A stretch of DNA of 63,360 nt, filler included, from Porpidia crustulata (taxonomy: Eukaryota): the NCBI GenBank assembly GCA_964255105.1. It is 10 parts of 10 records of this genome, joined end to end, with 100 filler letters (N's around TTAATTAATTAA, not from the genome) between each part and the next. Parts side by side here need not be neighbours in the genome. Positions count along the whole stretch, not along the records: positions 50,792 to 57,028 come from CAXUWE010001601.1; positions 57,129 to 63,360 come from CAXUWE010001602.1; 8 more parts are not named here. One strand, written 5' to 3'. Numbering within the stretch: the stretch's first letter is position 1; every line of letters begins with the position of its first letter. The notes under the pieces were generated by a model. The model was not told where the DNA came from and made no database searches. It was given only the letters and a program-made list of their open reading frames with translations. The position numbers and the translations under genes were made by a program. Of this stretch, positions 51,114-63,360 are shown one piece after another.

Positions 51114-52857
51114 TCAGATCTGGGGTATTTAGGTCAGAGCTTTATAGGGTTACGTGATCAGCAAGTAATACGCACCAATTTCAGCTCCGTCCGCTGCATT
51201 GCCCGCGGCCCACCCAGATTAATCCTTATCCTCCCGGGAATTGGTTTCTGTTGTAGTCTTCTGAAAGCTTCCTGAATATGCTTGGGTCCTACGGGGGTCC
51301 TTCCCTCCTCCGGCGGATCGAACAGCCCGGTCTCTCTCTTGCGCTTCTTACTCTGAGCATCAGCGTCCCCGCTCCTGCTCTTCGTCAGCTCCTCCTCAAT
51401 CTTGACCTTCAGAGCTTCTTCCGTCAGCGTCTGAACGATTTCGAAAGTCAGAAATCCGAGGATATCGACAATGTCATCGTTGGGTTTGCTGTCTGTTACC
51501 ACGCCAAAGCCGGCCCAATCGCGGAAACGTTTAGCTTTGCGGAAGGTAAAGGAGGCTTGGCGGCATTCGCTGTAGTGGACGTATTCGTCTTTGGTCATGT
51601 TCCTCGTACGTTCGTCGGCGAGGTTGAGACGCATCAGCGTTGCTGAGTTTAGCTCTTCGCCATCTTCATCGTCGTCATCTTCGCGCTCGGGGACTTGCTC
51701 GCTAAAGTAGCTGGAGACATCCCATGGCAAAGTAACTTTGGTGCGTTTGTTTTTCTTTGCCGCATCGCTGACAACTGGCCCAGCTCCACCAGCTGCAGCG
51801 TCGGCGCCGCCGAGAGGATCATCACCAGCACCTATGTCCGCAGCGTCGCCGCCTTTGTCGTCGGAATCTTTGGCAGTCTTGCGGACGTCTTTCCAAGAAA
51901 GGAACGTGCTTAGACGGGAGACTTTAGCTTTATCGTGACGAATGAGAAAAAAGAGATCATTTGTAGAAATAGATCGGGATCCACGGCGAGACGCAAGTAC
52001 GGTAGATCGCTTCAGCTGTCTCCTAATTCAGCTGTCACAAGCCTTGAACTCCCGACCAGTATTATCACTGACCATTTCAATGACTTGAGTATGAACGATC
52101 TCCTCGATCATTGCAGTCGTTTCTGCAGAGGCTTCGGCTGTTTCACCGGAGACAAACATCATCTGGTGTAAAGCTTTTGTTAGCCGAATCCTCCAGTCAC
52201 TCATTGGCTCCCTAGCATGTTCCATGTATGTTGGTATCGTTTGTGGTCCATCCTGGAAGTGCTGCGGCGTAAAATCTGAAGGACCAAGCAGCAAACACCT
52301 CATTTGATCGGCTGAGATTGGACATGCCATGCTGAATATTCAGAGCAAAGATGCTGCAATTTGATTGACAAGGCTTTTGCTAGCGAGGTGTTGTTGATAG
52401 CTCCTTGAGGCTAGTGTAACGCTATACACAATAAATGAAATGTTGGGTAAAAGATTGGAACACAACTTGGCCAAAGTACAAAGGTTACAACATAAAGTGG
52501 TCGAAGGAGTTCCACACACTCTTTGGGATGTGTGGCATTGTTCACAACGGACATTGTTGCTCCTGCTTCTCAAGACCCACGGCCGCACACTTTAAAACCC
52601 GTGTCATGTGGCATACTATCATCGTGCCTGCATAGTGGAGCATGTAAGGAAAGACCGACAGCTATAAAAAGATGGCAAGGGCAGCGAAGGGGAGACGATG
52701 AGCCTTTTCTCAGAACATTGTGGGGTGTATCGAGGACGGATTCAGATCGTGTACTAGAATTTCTAAGAGGCTCACGAGCCTTGTCCTTGAGGATATTGAA
52801 GAAGCAATGCCTTACCTGCTGGATCTCCTGCCTATACTTGGCCGACTTCTCCGCCAT
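51114..52857 (-). CDS. spt3: SAGA complex subunit Spt3
   Basis: [22 protein letters not shown] (intron 52163-52815), [64 protein letters not shown]; terminal micro-exon ATC TGA at 51119-51114. Confidence 0.95.
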
Positions 52858-53215
52858 TTTCTCGATTTACGGGATTCCCTCTGCTATCAAAGCACTGAGA
52901 GAAAGACCTCGAATCCGAGCCTGATGCCGGGGTTACTTTTGAGTTCCCAAACAGGACAAGTCCGAGGGCTAATGACTATATTATAATGCAGGAACTTCGT
53001 GGGGGTGCTTATAGAAGCGAAAGGAGATTATTCCTAGTGTACAGGTCTACAAGTACAGAATTACAGATGAAAATGAGTGGTTGGAGAGTCTGTCTGTATG
53101 TGTGAAATCTATCCTGCGCTAGGTGTATTTTAAAGTATTCGCTTCCGCCATTGGCCTCAATCAATCACGAACGAGGGAAACTGATTTGAATCTAATAAGC
53201 TAGTCAATCATCATT

Positions 53216-54177
53216 ATGCTCTACATGGTTGGCCTTGGCCTTGCTGATGAGAAAGATATTACTCTCAAGGGACTCAACATCGTCAAAGCAGCGGACAGAG
53301 TCTATCTGGAAGCTTACACGAGCATTCTTCTTGTAGACAAGGAACAATTGGTGGGCCTCGAAAATCGCGTGTAAGGTTATCATCCTGACATAACTGCAGT
53401 AGGAGGCATATTATGGGCGTCAAATTATCTTGGCCGACCGTGATATGGTCGAGTCTGCCAGCGATGAGATCTTAGCTGGTGCAGACAAGTTCGATGTGGC
53501 TTTCTTGGTTGTCGGGGATCCCTTTGGGTAACTCTACGAAAGCCCAGATAATATTCTCCTGGCAATCGCTCATTTAGCTCAGAGCTACTACCCATATAGA
53601 TCTTGTCCTCCGGGCAAGAGCACGTGCGATACCTGTTCGAAGTATTCATAATGCCTCCATCATGTCAGCCATAGGCGCCACTGGGCTACAACTATATAAC
53701 TTTGGACAGACTGTGAGCATGGTTTTCTTTACAGACACCTGGAAACCCTCGTCATTCTATGACCGCGTGAAAGAGAACTGGGAGACCGGGCTGCACACCC
53801 TTGTCCTATTGGACATTAAAGTTAAGGAGCAGTCACTGGACAATCTCGCGAGGGGCCGGAAGATCTATGAGCCGCCGAGGTACATGACAGTCGCAGAATG
53901 TGCTGGTCAAATGCTTGAGACGGAAACATCTCGCGGCGAAGGCGTGTGTGGGCCACAGAGTCTAGCAATCGGCGTTGCAAGAATGGGCGCAGAGGAGCAG
54001 AGAATGGTTGCTGGAACCTTGCAGCAGTTGAGCAATCTGGAGCTCGGGCCACCACTACACAGTTTAGTTCTTCTTGGGAGGAGAGTGCACGATCTGGAGC
54101 GGGACTTTATTCGAGATTTCGCGATTGACAATGAAGTCTTTGATTTGGCGTGGATTGAACATTGTAGGGATAGATAA
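53216..54177 (+). CDS. dph5: diphthine methyl ester synthase
   Basis: [87 protein letters not shown]; 2 introns. Confidence 0.96.
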
Positions 54178-54682
54178 TGACGACGCCAATAATGACAATG
54201 TTGTGGGCTTGCCTTGCCAATATACATCTTGCCTACTGGTTGCAGTTGCATCTTCGTAGATGCGATCATTGATTTCTCCGAATATGTACATTCGTAAAAC
54301 ACTCATTGATATCTACAAAAATTGACTGGCTATCACACTTGCGGATCGCCGTAGATCGGCCTCCGGCTTTTGCGGTCTTCAAGAGGTATCACACAAAATA
54401 TTTCGGGAAGGCGCTTCTCGTGCCCAAAATTCACGAGACATGAGCCAAACTCCATTGCTTGCTAAGGTATCGCATGCATCGATACGAGACTTGGCGCGTA
54501 AAGCGCAACGTATTGCAGCGCCTTTGGTACTTACCTGGCCTTAGCTACCTGATGGTCTTCGATTTGTGTCAGAACCTACATCTATGCGAAGAACATGAGA
54601 TTGAAATTACGAAGTGTCCTCTAGGGATTCGGATACGCATAGGTACCTGTGAATTCTGAGTAAAAGAGCGATATAGACGGTC

Positions 54683-55262
54683 ATGCCAGTCTACCTCATA
54701 CATGGGTTCCGTTGGCCTCGAAAAGCGATTCGAATACACATCATCTTGAACAACATTGAAGACGCTGCACCAGAATGGTTGATGTCGGCATCCACCACGG
54801 CGGCAATAATGGCAAATTTCGACACTATTTACCCTGGCCTAATGCCCTGCTTGCCAAACCTTCGGTTCATCGAGCAATATAATCCTGCAGACACGAGTGC
54901 CGGTGCCACAAGCCAACCGTTCGCCTTTGTCACAGACCGGATCGAGCAGAGCGAGCTAAGCATTGACGTAGGAGAGGTCATGGCACGAGGCGTTGGAGTA
55001 GCAGGATGGGACGCGTTGGCTGATTTGAGAGATCAATTAGCGCCAGGCGAGAAGATCGGCTGGTTCGCGGTGTACAATGGGGATGAAGAACGACTACGGG
55101 GGGTTGATGATGAGACTGAGGATGACGGGATGTACAGCGAAGTACCTCTATCTCCTACGAATTATTCATACATACGCAAAGGCTAATCTTAAATAGGTAC
55201 ATGAACCGAGCAAGAAAAATAAGCATCCATTCAAGCGACTCTTCAAAAAGGGCCACCCTTGA
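54683..55262 (+). CDS. flbE: FlbE-like developmental regulator
   Basis: MPVYLIHGFRWPR...IRIHIIL.N.EDA, LPNLRFIEQY, EKIGWFAVYNGDEER and an acidic tail, matching the Aspergillus FlbE pattern; intron 55142-55196 adds a basic last exon. Confidence 0.75.
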
Positions 55263-57028
55263 TTGTCATAACTCCGACTATATTGAGACTTCAAACCTGA
55301 GCGATCCGTGAATCAACCGCGCCGAAGGCCGATAGCTACTCGATTGCCATTCCATTGATGCTTGGTCGCAACTCACAAGATCTCGGGGTACCGAGGGCAC
55401 CTACATGGAGAGAAAATCCTGGCACAAAACAAGTCCTGAGTCATTTGTGCATCAAGTTGGGGCGAACGGGTGACTTTGAGATGAAGGCAGACACTCTCGA
55501 CTCTCATCTTCAGCTTACTATGGCAATGGTGAGTCATCCACTTCTTTTGCAAGTGATCATATGTATGACTAGCATTTAGTAGCTACCTCATGCAGTGAAA
55601 CTCTCAGAGAAGAACATCACTACAAACAGAAAAAACCGCTCAGCTCTCTATGTTCGTCCATGGATTACGAAGAACTATGGTGCCACGCTTCGTTGTCATT
55701 CAGAATATATATAAACTGAATGTAGGGACCCCCAACAATTGAGGCTCGTTCATTCTGAAGCCGACAATTCCAGGCATTGTGCGAACACTGACGAATTTCA
55801 TTTCGTCATGTCGTTCCATCGATGGGTATCTACGTTCAAAGCTAATCAATTGACTTTCTTCTGATCATAGCTTGATGTGTAGCATCGTCAAGGGCGTCCC
55901 ACACAGCGTGCCTGTTTATATGCGCGCTTAGATTGTTAGACGTTTGAGAACCAGGTTCCTGTTGTAGAGCTATAGCATCGACAGGGATTGATCAAACTCA
56001 ATTCATTACCCATGTCGACTTCTTTCCAACTCTAATTGTGCTTCCATTGGTTTATTGCTGATTAATTCGAAGTTCTTTGTCCGTTACATAAAGCTGAGGA
56101 GGCTCCTCTTCCCGGATTATGAATGAAATAACTCGCATAGAACGATTACCACCGGTTTGATGTACATGTTCTCCATCGTCGATGATGGCTTTTCGCATTA
56201 GACATATAATTGCACTGTTGCCAAAACATGTGCGCCTACGTCCTCCAGGACTCCATTGTCAAGCGCGCGAGGTTCGGCTGAAGATCCCAATGAGTTCAAA
56301 GAGATTGACCGTGGAGACGATCTTGGATGGTGGCGACCACCTTCCTTGAGAACACTGTGCTCTGTCATCCTTAGTTCTAGCTAAGCTGCCAGCCATTCCA
56401 CTTGCTGTAAGAGATCCGTGGCACTTGATCTTCTGTAGCAAGACATGGCGGACACCAACGATGTTATTACATGCGATGCCAGCATTCCACAACGTGAGAA
56501 GGGCTTGGGCCTCGGTTAAATGGTTGGGAGTTGAGTCTGATAGTGCGGTGGCTTCAGAATTTATTGTAGACGGAAGACTACCATAGACAATATGATCCAT
56601 GAATTCTTTGGAAGCGACTTGAGTAATAGCTTCGTTGCCTCCCAGTCAGAAAATATTCGCACAATCCTTGACGGTGGCGTATGTCTATCGGCATTCATAT
56701 CTCGAATATGCTACTGGCTTTCCTTGAGGTTATCATTTGCTTGTTATATCTTCGTTATGGCCGGTGAGTTTTACCAGAAAAGGGGGCGAGATTATTTTGA
56801 TGGTCTACATGGGTTTGCTGATGTTCATGCATTTTCTCGATACCATGAGGAGAAGTGTTGGAGAAGGTCGATAGCGTGATTTTGGAGACTCTTTGATTCG
56901 GGTAGCTGCACAGAGTCTTCCCACATCCCCTCCCTCCGACGTTGCCATTATATCTAGCAAATGATGCCATTTCCCTCCACCTCCTCCACCTTCACATATT
57001 CTCTGCGATGGATGCGGTCCTTCTAATG

Positions 57029-57128
57029 NNNNNNNNNNNNNNNNNNNNNNNNNNNNNNNNNNNNNNNNNNNNTTAATTAATTAANNNNNNNNNNNNNNNN
57101 NNNNNNNNNNNNNNNNNNNNNNNNNNNN
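57029..57128. other. artificial contig linker
   Basis: N44-TTAATTAATTAA-N44. Confidence 0.99.
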
Positions 57129-60100
57129 AACTGCAGCGATTTTGGCCGGAGAGAAGAACATAGCTTGCCCAGGTCGATTCTTTCGGTTCTCCAGATCAAT
57201 TTGCAGCAGGAAATGGTTGACCAAGACATTGCAACATACGTCGACCATCGTCTCAATGGAAGTAGAGTATCAGGGCGTACTCGATCAATAGTGTTGCAGG
57301 CAATATGTATAAAAGCAAAAGGACTGTTTCTCTATGCTCGCCTGATGATGGATGAAATCCTAGATCAAAGCAAGAAAGCTGTTGAAAATGAAGAAAGATT
57401 GCTTCAATCCTTGACCACGCTGCCTGCTACCCTCACCGAAATGTATAACAGAATGCTTCTCGAGCACTCACAGCAATCTGGTGTCCCACAAGCGATGCAA
57501 TTCATTATTTTGACATGGGTGATTCGGGCAGAGCGCCCATTGCGCTTGCTAGAGCTTGCTTGTATGATTGACTTCGAACACAAGGCTCTAGGAATATCGC
57601 AGGACACAAAGTCAACTGTTCGGGCAGGGTGTGGCCCGCTCATTGAGATCCTGGAAGACGACACAGTTTGCATTATACATCACTCCTTCACCGAGTTTCT
57701 TTCCGACGTGAGAGGAGATCTTGGGGTCTATAACTATAGTTATAATCTAGGACACCAATTTCCTTGTCTTGAATATGCCAGCACCCACCGTGCGATTGCA
57801 GTTACCTGTATCAATTATTTGATCTCGGATTGGCTTGATGACTGGGACCTTCGATCCAAAGGGCGGACGGTGGCCACCTCCAGACCGACGCACACGTTGC
57901 AGAACATTAGACTCAAGTTCCCATTCCTAGAATATGCCGCAGCGAATTGGCATCGCCATTTGGCAAAATATGACAGGGCTGACGAAGACGTCTTTCTTTT
58001 ACTCGACTCCTTTCTAGTAAACAATCCTCGAGCCTTCCATTCCTGGCTTGATTTGACTCGACCAGGCAAGGAATTCTATACATTGACTCCAGTGCATGTC
58101 GCAGCCCATAAGAACCTGTCTCATTACATGGAGCACCTTCTTCATCTAGGCTTTGATATTGAGTGCACGGATTCTAAAGCCAGGACGGCTGTGTCTATCG
58201 CTGCCCTTCAGGGACACCATGAGACTCTCGCGGTACTACTGAAAAACGGTGCTCACAGCAATCGTGAGGATTGTTGCGGTCTTCAGCCATTGTTTCATGC
58301 GGCCAAGGCAAACCATCATTCTGTCGTGAAGCTACTTTTGGAGGCTGGCGTGGACCCTTCGACCCCTAGAACTAAAGAACGTGCAAAGGGATGGTGTGGC
58401 AATTCCCGTAGAACGATCGGCGACACGGCCGTCAAATGTGCGTGCCTTTATGGACACGTAGAAACCATCGAAGCATTCGTTCCCGATCTAAAACAGGATG
58501 GCCTCGAAGAAGCTCTCTATTGGGCATGCCGATTTGGCTCAACCAAAGTTAGCATGGCCCTCCTAGAGTCTCCAAAGGTTGATGTGAATAATGTCAGGTA
58601 CGGCACAACCCCAATATTCCTCGCAGCGGGTGCAAGAGATACAATGACCATGCAATTTCTGTTGGAGAAGAGTGCTGACGTTCGAATAATGTGTGAAAAC
58701 GATTACAACCATGAGAAGGTATCCACCCGGAGCTTCGATAAAGACGACAAGAGATACACACCCCTCCACGCTTTTGCATGGGCTTGCGTTGATCGCTTTA
58801 CAGATAAAGTCCAAGATAAATTACGACTCAAGCAAGGTTTCGAAATGTTATTGAAAGCCGGATGTGACATTAATGCTATCGATGGATCTGGGTCAACAAT
58901 CTTACATTCTCTGGTAGGTTATCGTGGCTATAGCTTGGACAGAGACGTGGCATGGCTAGAGGATGTCTTTTCTTTTCTGTTTTTCCAAGAAGCAAGAGTT
59001 ACGACTCGAACCATTGATGGTTCGACTATTCTCCACCTACTCTCGGTAGATTCTAGTGCAGTGGTCGATCTCTTGATCAGGAACGGGGCAGATGTGAACG
59101 CGGTTCGAGAAAGCGATGGCAAGAGCCCGCTAATGACATCTTTGGATCGCTACTCGCCCGGTGGAGCCAGAGCGCTGCTGGCTCACGGAGCGAATTGTAA
59201 CCTCGCCGACCCGAAGGGCTTCACACCGCTTCACTTCCTAACCAGCCGTGGCTCTTTTAGCATAGAAGCCTGTGCAATGCTACTCAGAGCTGGTGCGAAT
59301 CCCAATGCAAAGGACCACGACGGTAATACTCCACTTCACATAATGAATCGCAATTCTCCGGTGGGAATTCTATCTTTGTTCCTCGAGTATCACGCTTGTT
59401 TAGAGACAAAGAATAACAAGGGCAAAACGGTCTTTCTTAGCTCACTGGCGCATGCCACTTCTTATGAGGAGTTAGTAGATACCGGTGCAGACATACACGC
59501 TGTCAATTCTAAGGGATCAACGGCGATGCACATAACTTGTTCCCTTTTATTGCCTGGAAGCACTACCAAAATGCGAATATTAAGATATCTTGCAGACAAG
59601 GGTGCAAATCCTAGAGGGATTGACAATTATGGCAATACTCTATTCCACGAAGCTGTAAAAAAGCCTACAAATTACCATCAGAAGGAGCTGACGGATCTCC
59701 TCGATCTGATCTTAGGGTTTGGTATTTCCCCAGGGGCTACAAATCAGCATGGACAGACTGCGTTACACCTAGCTTTGTCGTATCCAGAAAGCCGGGATAG
59801 ACCTAGTCCACTTGATTTTCTCTTGGGGCCAAAGTGTAATCTTGACGTCAACATGGCTGATGCAAGGGGAATACGACCTATCCATCTTACTGCATCGTTC
59901 AGCGAATCGTTGACCATACGCCTACTCAACCTGGGAGCAGACGCCACGGTCGTCACAATAGAGGGTCAATCTCCTCTCATGATAGCCTGTCGGACAAGAC
60001 GAAGCAATCTAGTTGGCTTGCTCGTTGACCATCACACCGAGCGTGGACAGGGTGCCTTCGTTGATTCCGTGGACTTTAAAGGCCGCTCAGCGCTTCACTA

Positions 60101-62604
60101 TGCCTCTCGGTCTGGGAGATTTGAAACTGTTAAGATTTTACTAGCTGCTGGAGCGAATCCTAATCTCAGTGACATGGAAGGCCTTACGCCACTTCATGCA
60201 TGTGCAGGATTCTCCAGGGAGAACTGGTATTGGAACAATCTGGACACAGTAAATCAGACCTGCGGGCAGCAAGAGGCGACGCATGTCTTACTTAGCGAAA
60301 ATCTAAGACCATCAATAGAAGGTGATGACTTGAATCCGGCGGGAGTTCGTGAATCCGTACGATTGCTTGTTGCTCATGGTGCAGATGTTTCCTTTCTTAA
60401 AACAGGATCGGAGTCTCAGCAATATCACGCTCGTAGGAGTCGGGTTTATTGCATCGATCCACTTGAGAATGCTAGATTTACCAACTGCGGAGCCATGGTT
60501 GACGAGCTAACACCCTTGCAAAACCAAATCTCAAACACGAAGTGCTCCAAAGATATTTCTCACTCGGATGAGACACGTTCGCGCAGTGTAGAAACACTTC
60601 CCGAGATTCTTCAATTTATGAATTATACATATATACCTGATATTCTACATAGTATGGTAAGAAAAGGCGAAAGCAACACTGATATCGTCCGTCTATTGTT
60701 GAGGATGGATCATGAACCGGGTGTAATTGAGCTCCAACGACTAGGTGCAAGCTTTCTCAGACCTGACTGCAACGGGGAGTCCGCGGTGACACTAATAGTC
60801 AAAGGCGGTTTCGTGTCGTTAATGGATAAGGTTGGTGCAGAAGCCTCCAGGATGAACCGGGGATGGATCAAAGAAATGGAGACTACAGAGCCAGGCCTGA
60901 CAGGAAAACTGCGTCCAATTTTACACATCGCTTGCCATAGAGCGCTTCCCAATCTTGATACGATGAGACTACTGGTGGAAAAGTTCAAGGTAGATGTCGA
61001 CAAGTTAGCTATTTGGCGATCTGGCTCCCTTCAGAACCGCACAGCCTTACAGATTCTTGCCCATGCCAAACATTGGTGGCAGCCTCAAGCTTTGGAATTT
61101 TTAATTCGACGAGGCGCAGATATCGAGGCGAAAGATTCCCAAGGGGACACTGCATTACTGGTCGCTTTCGTGGAAGAATACCGCGGACACCTCGAATATT
61201 TTCTATATGCAAGGGTCAGCGCCATCAAAGTCTTGCTTCGTGCCGGTGCAAACCCGAACGTTCTTGATAAGAATCGCTTGACATGTCTGAACAGAGCTGC
61301 CAAACATCCTGAATCGGCCAGGCTTTTAATTGAGTATGGCGCTGATCCTGTGCTTGGCGAGAAGCCATTCATCTTCGATGCAATCAATAATACGCATTTG
61401 GACATTGTTCGAACTCTCGTTAAACTTGGGGTAGATTGGAATGTTCAACGTTTACCGCAGAAAGTAGAGAATACCAATGATGCTGAAATCCCGCATAATC
61501 CAAGCTCTCATCGTCGAGCGCGAAGGAATTTTGCAAGATCAGAGGACAGCGTCATTGCTGAGAATTCCTATCCTCTTCATCTAGCTGCTAGTAATAAATT
61601 TAACAACATTCAATCAAGGGCAAAGATGATACCCATCATCGAAGCCCTGCTTCAAGGTGGAGCGGATCCATTTTTGATCTGCAGCAATGGAGACTCAATT
61701 CTCCACAATCTTGCCCGTCTGAACGGTATCATGGAACCATTCCTCAGCATCTCAAATATCAATCTCGAGGCACGCGATTCAAAAGGAAGGACTCTCTTAT
61801 TAGCCGCGTGTTGCTCTGACGATCGCTGGAGCATTGGGGAGGGCCCGCTAAATGAAGCTGTAACCTTGCTCATGTCACACGGCGCCTCGATAGATGCAGT
61901 CGATAGCGAACGTCGGAACGCTCTTCACTGGATTATCTCCAGCCGCAGAGCGCACCTACCTATTTCGAAAAAACTCCAAACCATCCTGTCGCTGCCAGGC
62001 GGCCAATCGCTTGTGGCAGGAAAGGATGTAAGAGGCTGCACACCCCTGCACCACGCGCTCCAGAATAATAGCCTTGCTGCCGTTGACACTTTGCTTCAGC
62101 GCGGTGCAGATCCCGCCGAGCCTGACCCTACCGATGGCAGTACTGCTTTGCATCGGATCACCAACGCACTCTACTCGGACAAAACCGACCCCGACAAACA
62201 TTTCCGCGAATTTCTAGCCCGTGGTCTCGACATCAACGCCCGTGACTTTGCCGGCGAAACTGCGCTCTTCCGACTCATCGACACGGGCTGTCTTGGCTCG
62301 CCCGACTCCCAACACTACCTGGAAAAACTCCCGCTCTTCGAAGAAGCAAGCGCGGATTTCACGGTCAGGAACCACAAGGGCGAGAGCCTGCTTCACCGGC
62401 TGGTCGGTGTTGAGGTCCAACCGGGGCGGCGCGGGGAGAGACAGGTTGCGGGGGTTCAGGAAGCTGATCGAGAAGGGTTGCGATCCCGCGTGGGAGGATG
62501 AGAGACAGAGGACGTGTTTGGATGTTGCGGTGGCGGCGGACAATCAGGACGTGATAGAGCTGTTTCGGCAGAAGAGGATGACGGGGTTTGGGATGGCGTT
62601 TTGA
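57129..62604 (+). CDS. large NACHT-ankyrin NLR-like protein; 5' end off-contig, +1 frameshift near C-terminus
   Basis: Post-NACHT helical/winged-helix motifs KAKGLFLYARLMMD, LPATLTEMY, RPLRLLELA, CGPLIEIL, IIHHSFTEFL, FLEYAAANW, then roughly 1450 aa of divergent ANK repeats; the typical terminus GCDPAWEDERQRTCLDVAVA lies in the +1 frame. Confidence 0.9.
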
Positions 62605-63360
62605 TGAGGATGATTGGTTTACCTAATGAGGGCCCCCGTCTTGCGTACGGTCGGGCTTGATAGTAAGGGATGAAATTACGATTGATGCACAGATTTCATA
62701 AGGAACAGATAACAGCGCACGTGTTCGCGCCATGAAAGCTCTTGAGATGTACTTTATTGATAAGATTCTAACATCCGAATTTTTTAAACAAAATGAAGAT
62801 CGATGACATGCATGGCACAAGACAAGAAAAATAAAATCAATCCGAAACAAAAAGAACGATATCTGTCAAAAAAATCGAATGAGCAAGCTGCAAGAACAGT
62901 TTATTCTGGCATTTATTAGGCATGATAATGCGCGGAAAGATGACAAGGAGGGTCTGTGCTGTAGATGAGAATGAGGTTGATGGCGTTTATGGGATTGGAT
63001 GTTGGAAAGTGAGATTGGTGCGAGAGAAAGAAAAAACAATATCTATTCAAAAAGTTGGATAAGTGAGGTGGAAGAAAAGTGTACTGCGATAGGTGTAAAG
63101 GTGGTATGACGGTTTTGTTTTGGCTTTGTAATAGGCGGAATATTGTGTGAGAAATCGATGTGGAAGTTTGGAATGTAGATGAAGGACTTATGGTAGAAGG
63201 GATGCAGCGCGGAAGATAAGAAGACGGATTACTTACTTCATGATACTGGCTGAGAAACTGATTGGCTTGATTCTTGAATAGTTTTTTTCCTTTCACCTCA
63301 GCGTATCATACATCGCGAAAGACTATTTCAAGTCCATACAATCCCCACCCTGAACATTTC

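Noticed and set aside
55700..57028. Possible degraded minus-strand gene
   Set aside because: Only short broken frames with no identifiable motif.

Overview
Filamentous ascomycete (Pezizomycotina) nuclear DNA with short GT-AG introns and CTRAY branch sites; a lichen-forming, Lecanoromycetes-like source is possible but is inference only. The window is not one locus. It is ten contigs of about 6.2 kb, sorted by decreasing length and joined by artificial 100-bp N44-TTAATTAATTAA-N44 linkers, so adjacency across a linker means nothing. Apparently intact genes: HSP20, a small secreted protein, cysA/Cys2, OCH1, NXT1, mitochondrial MetRS (partial), an APH-like kinase, RNR1 (partial), CRT10-like (partial), TDA3-like, GYP7, SPT3, DPH5, a FlbE-like gene and a large NACHT-ankyrin NLR (partial). 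Many accessory genes are decayed: GH27 alpha-galactosidase, a HeLo-like/NACHT/ANK NLR, a kinase, ribokinase, a DHA1 MFS transporter and a His/Cys hydrolase-like gene. Also present are a Fot1/pogo relic, a ~270-bp MITE-like inverted-repeat element and a 16-bp minisatellite. The best candidate for undescribed biology is the 653-nt first intron of SPT3, which contains nested hairpins and a possible hidden in-frame 45-nt cassette exon. No novel multi-gene system can be demonstrated from the sequence alone. All gene models were read by eye.
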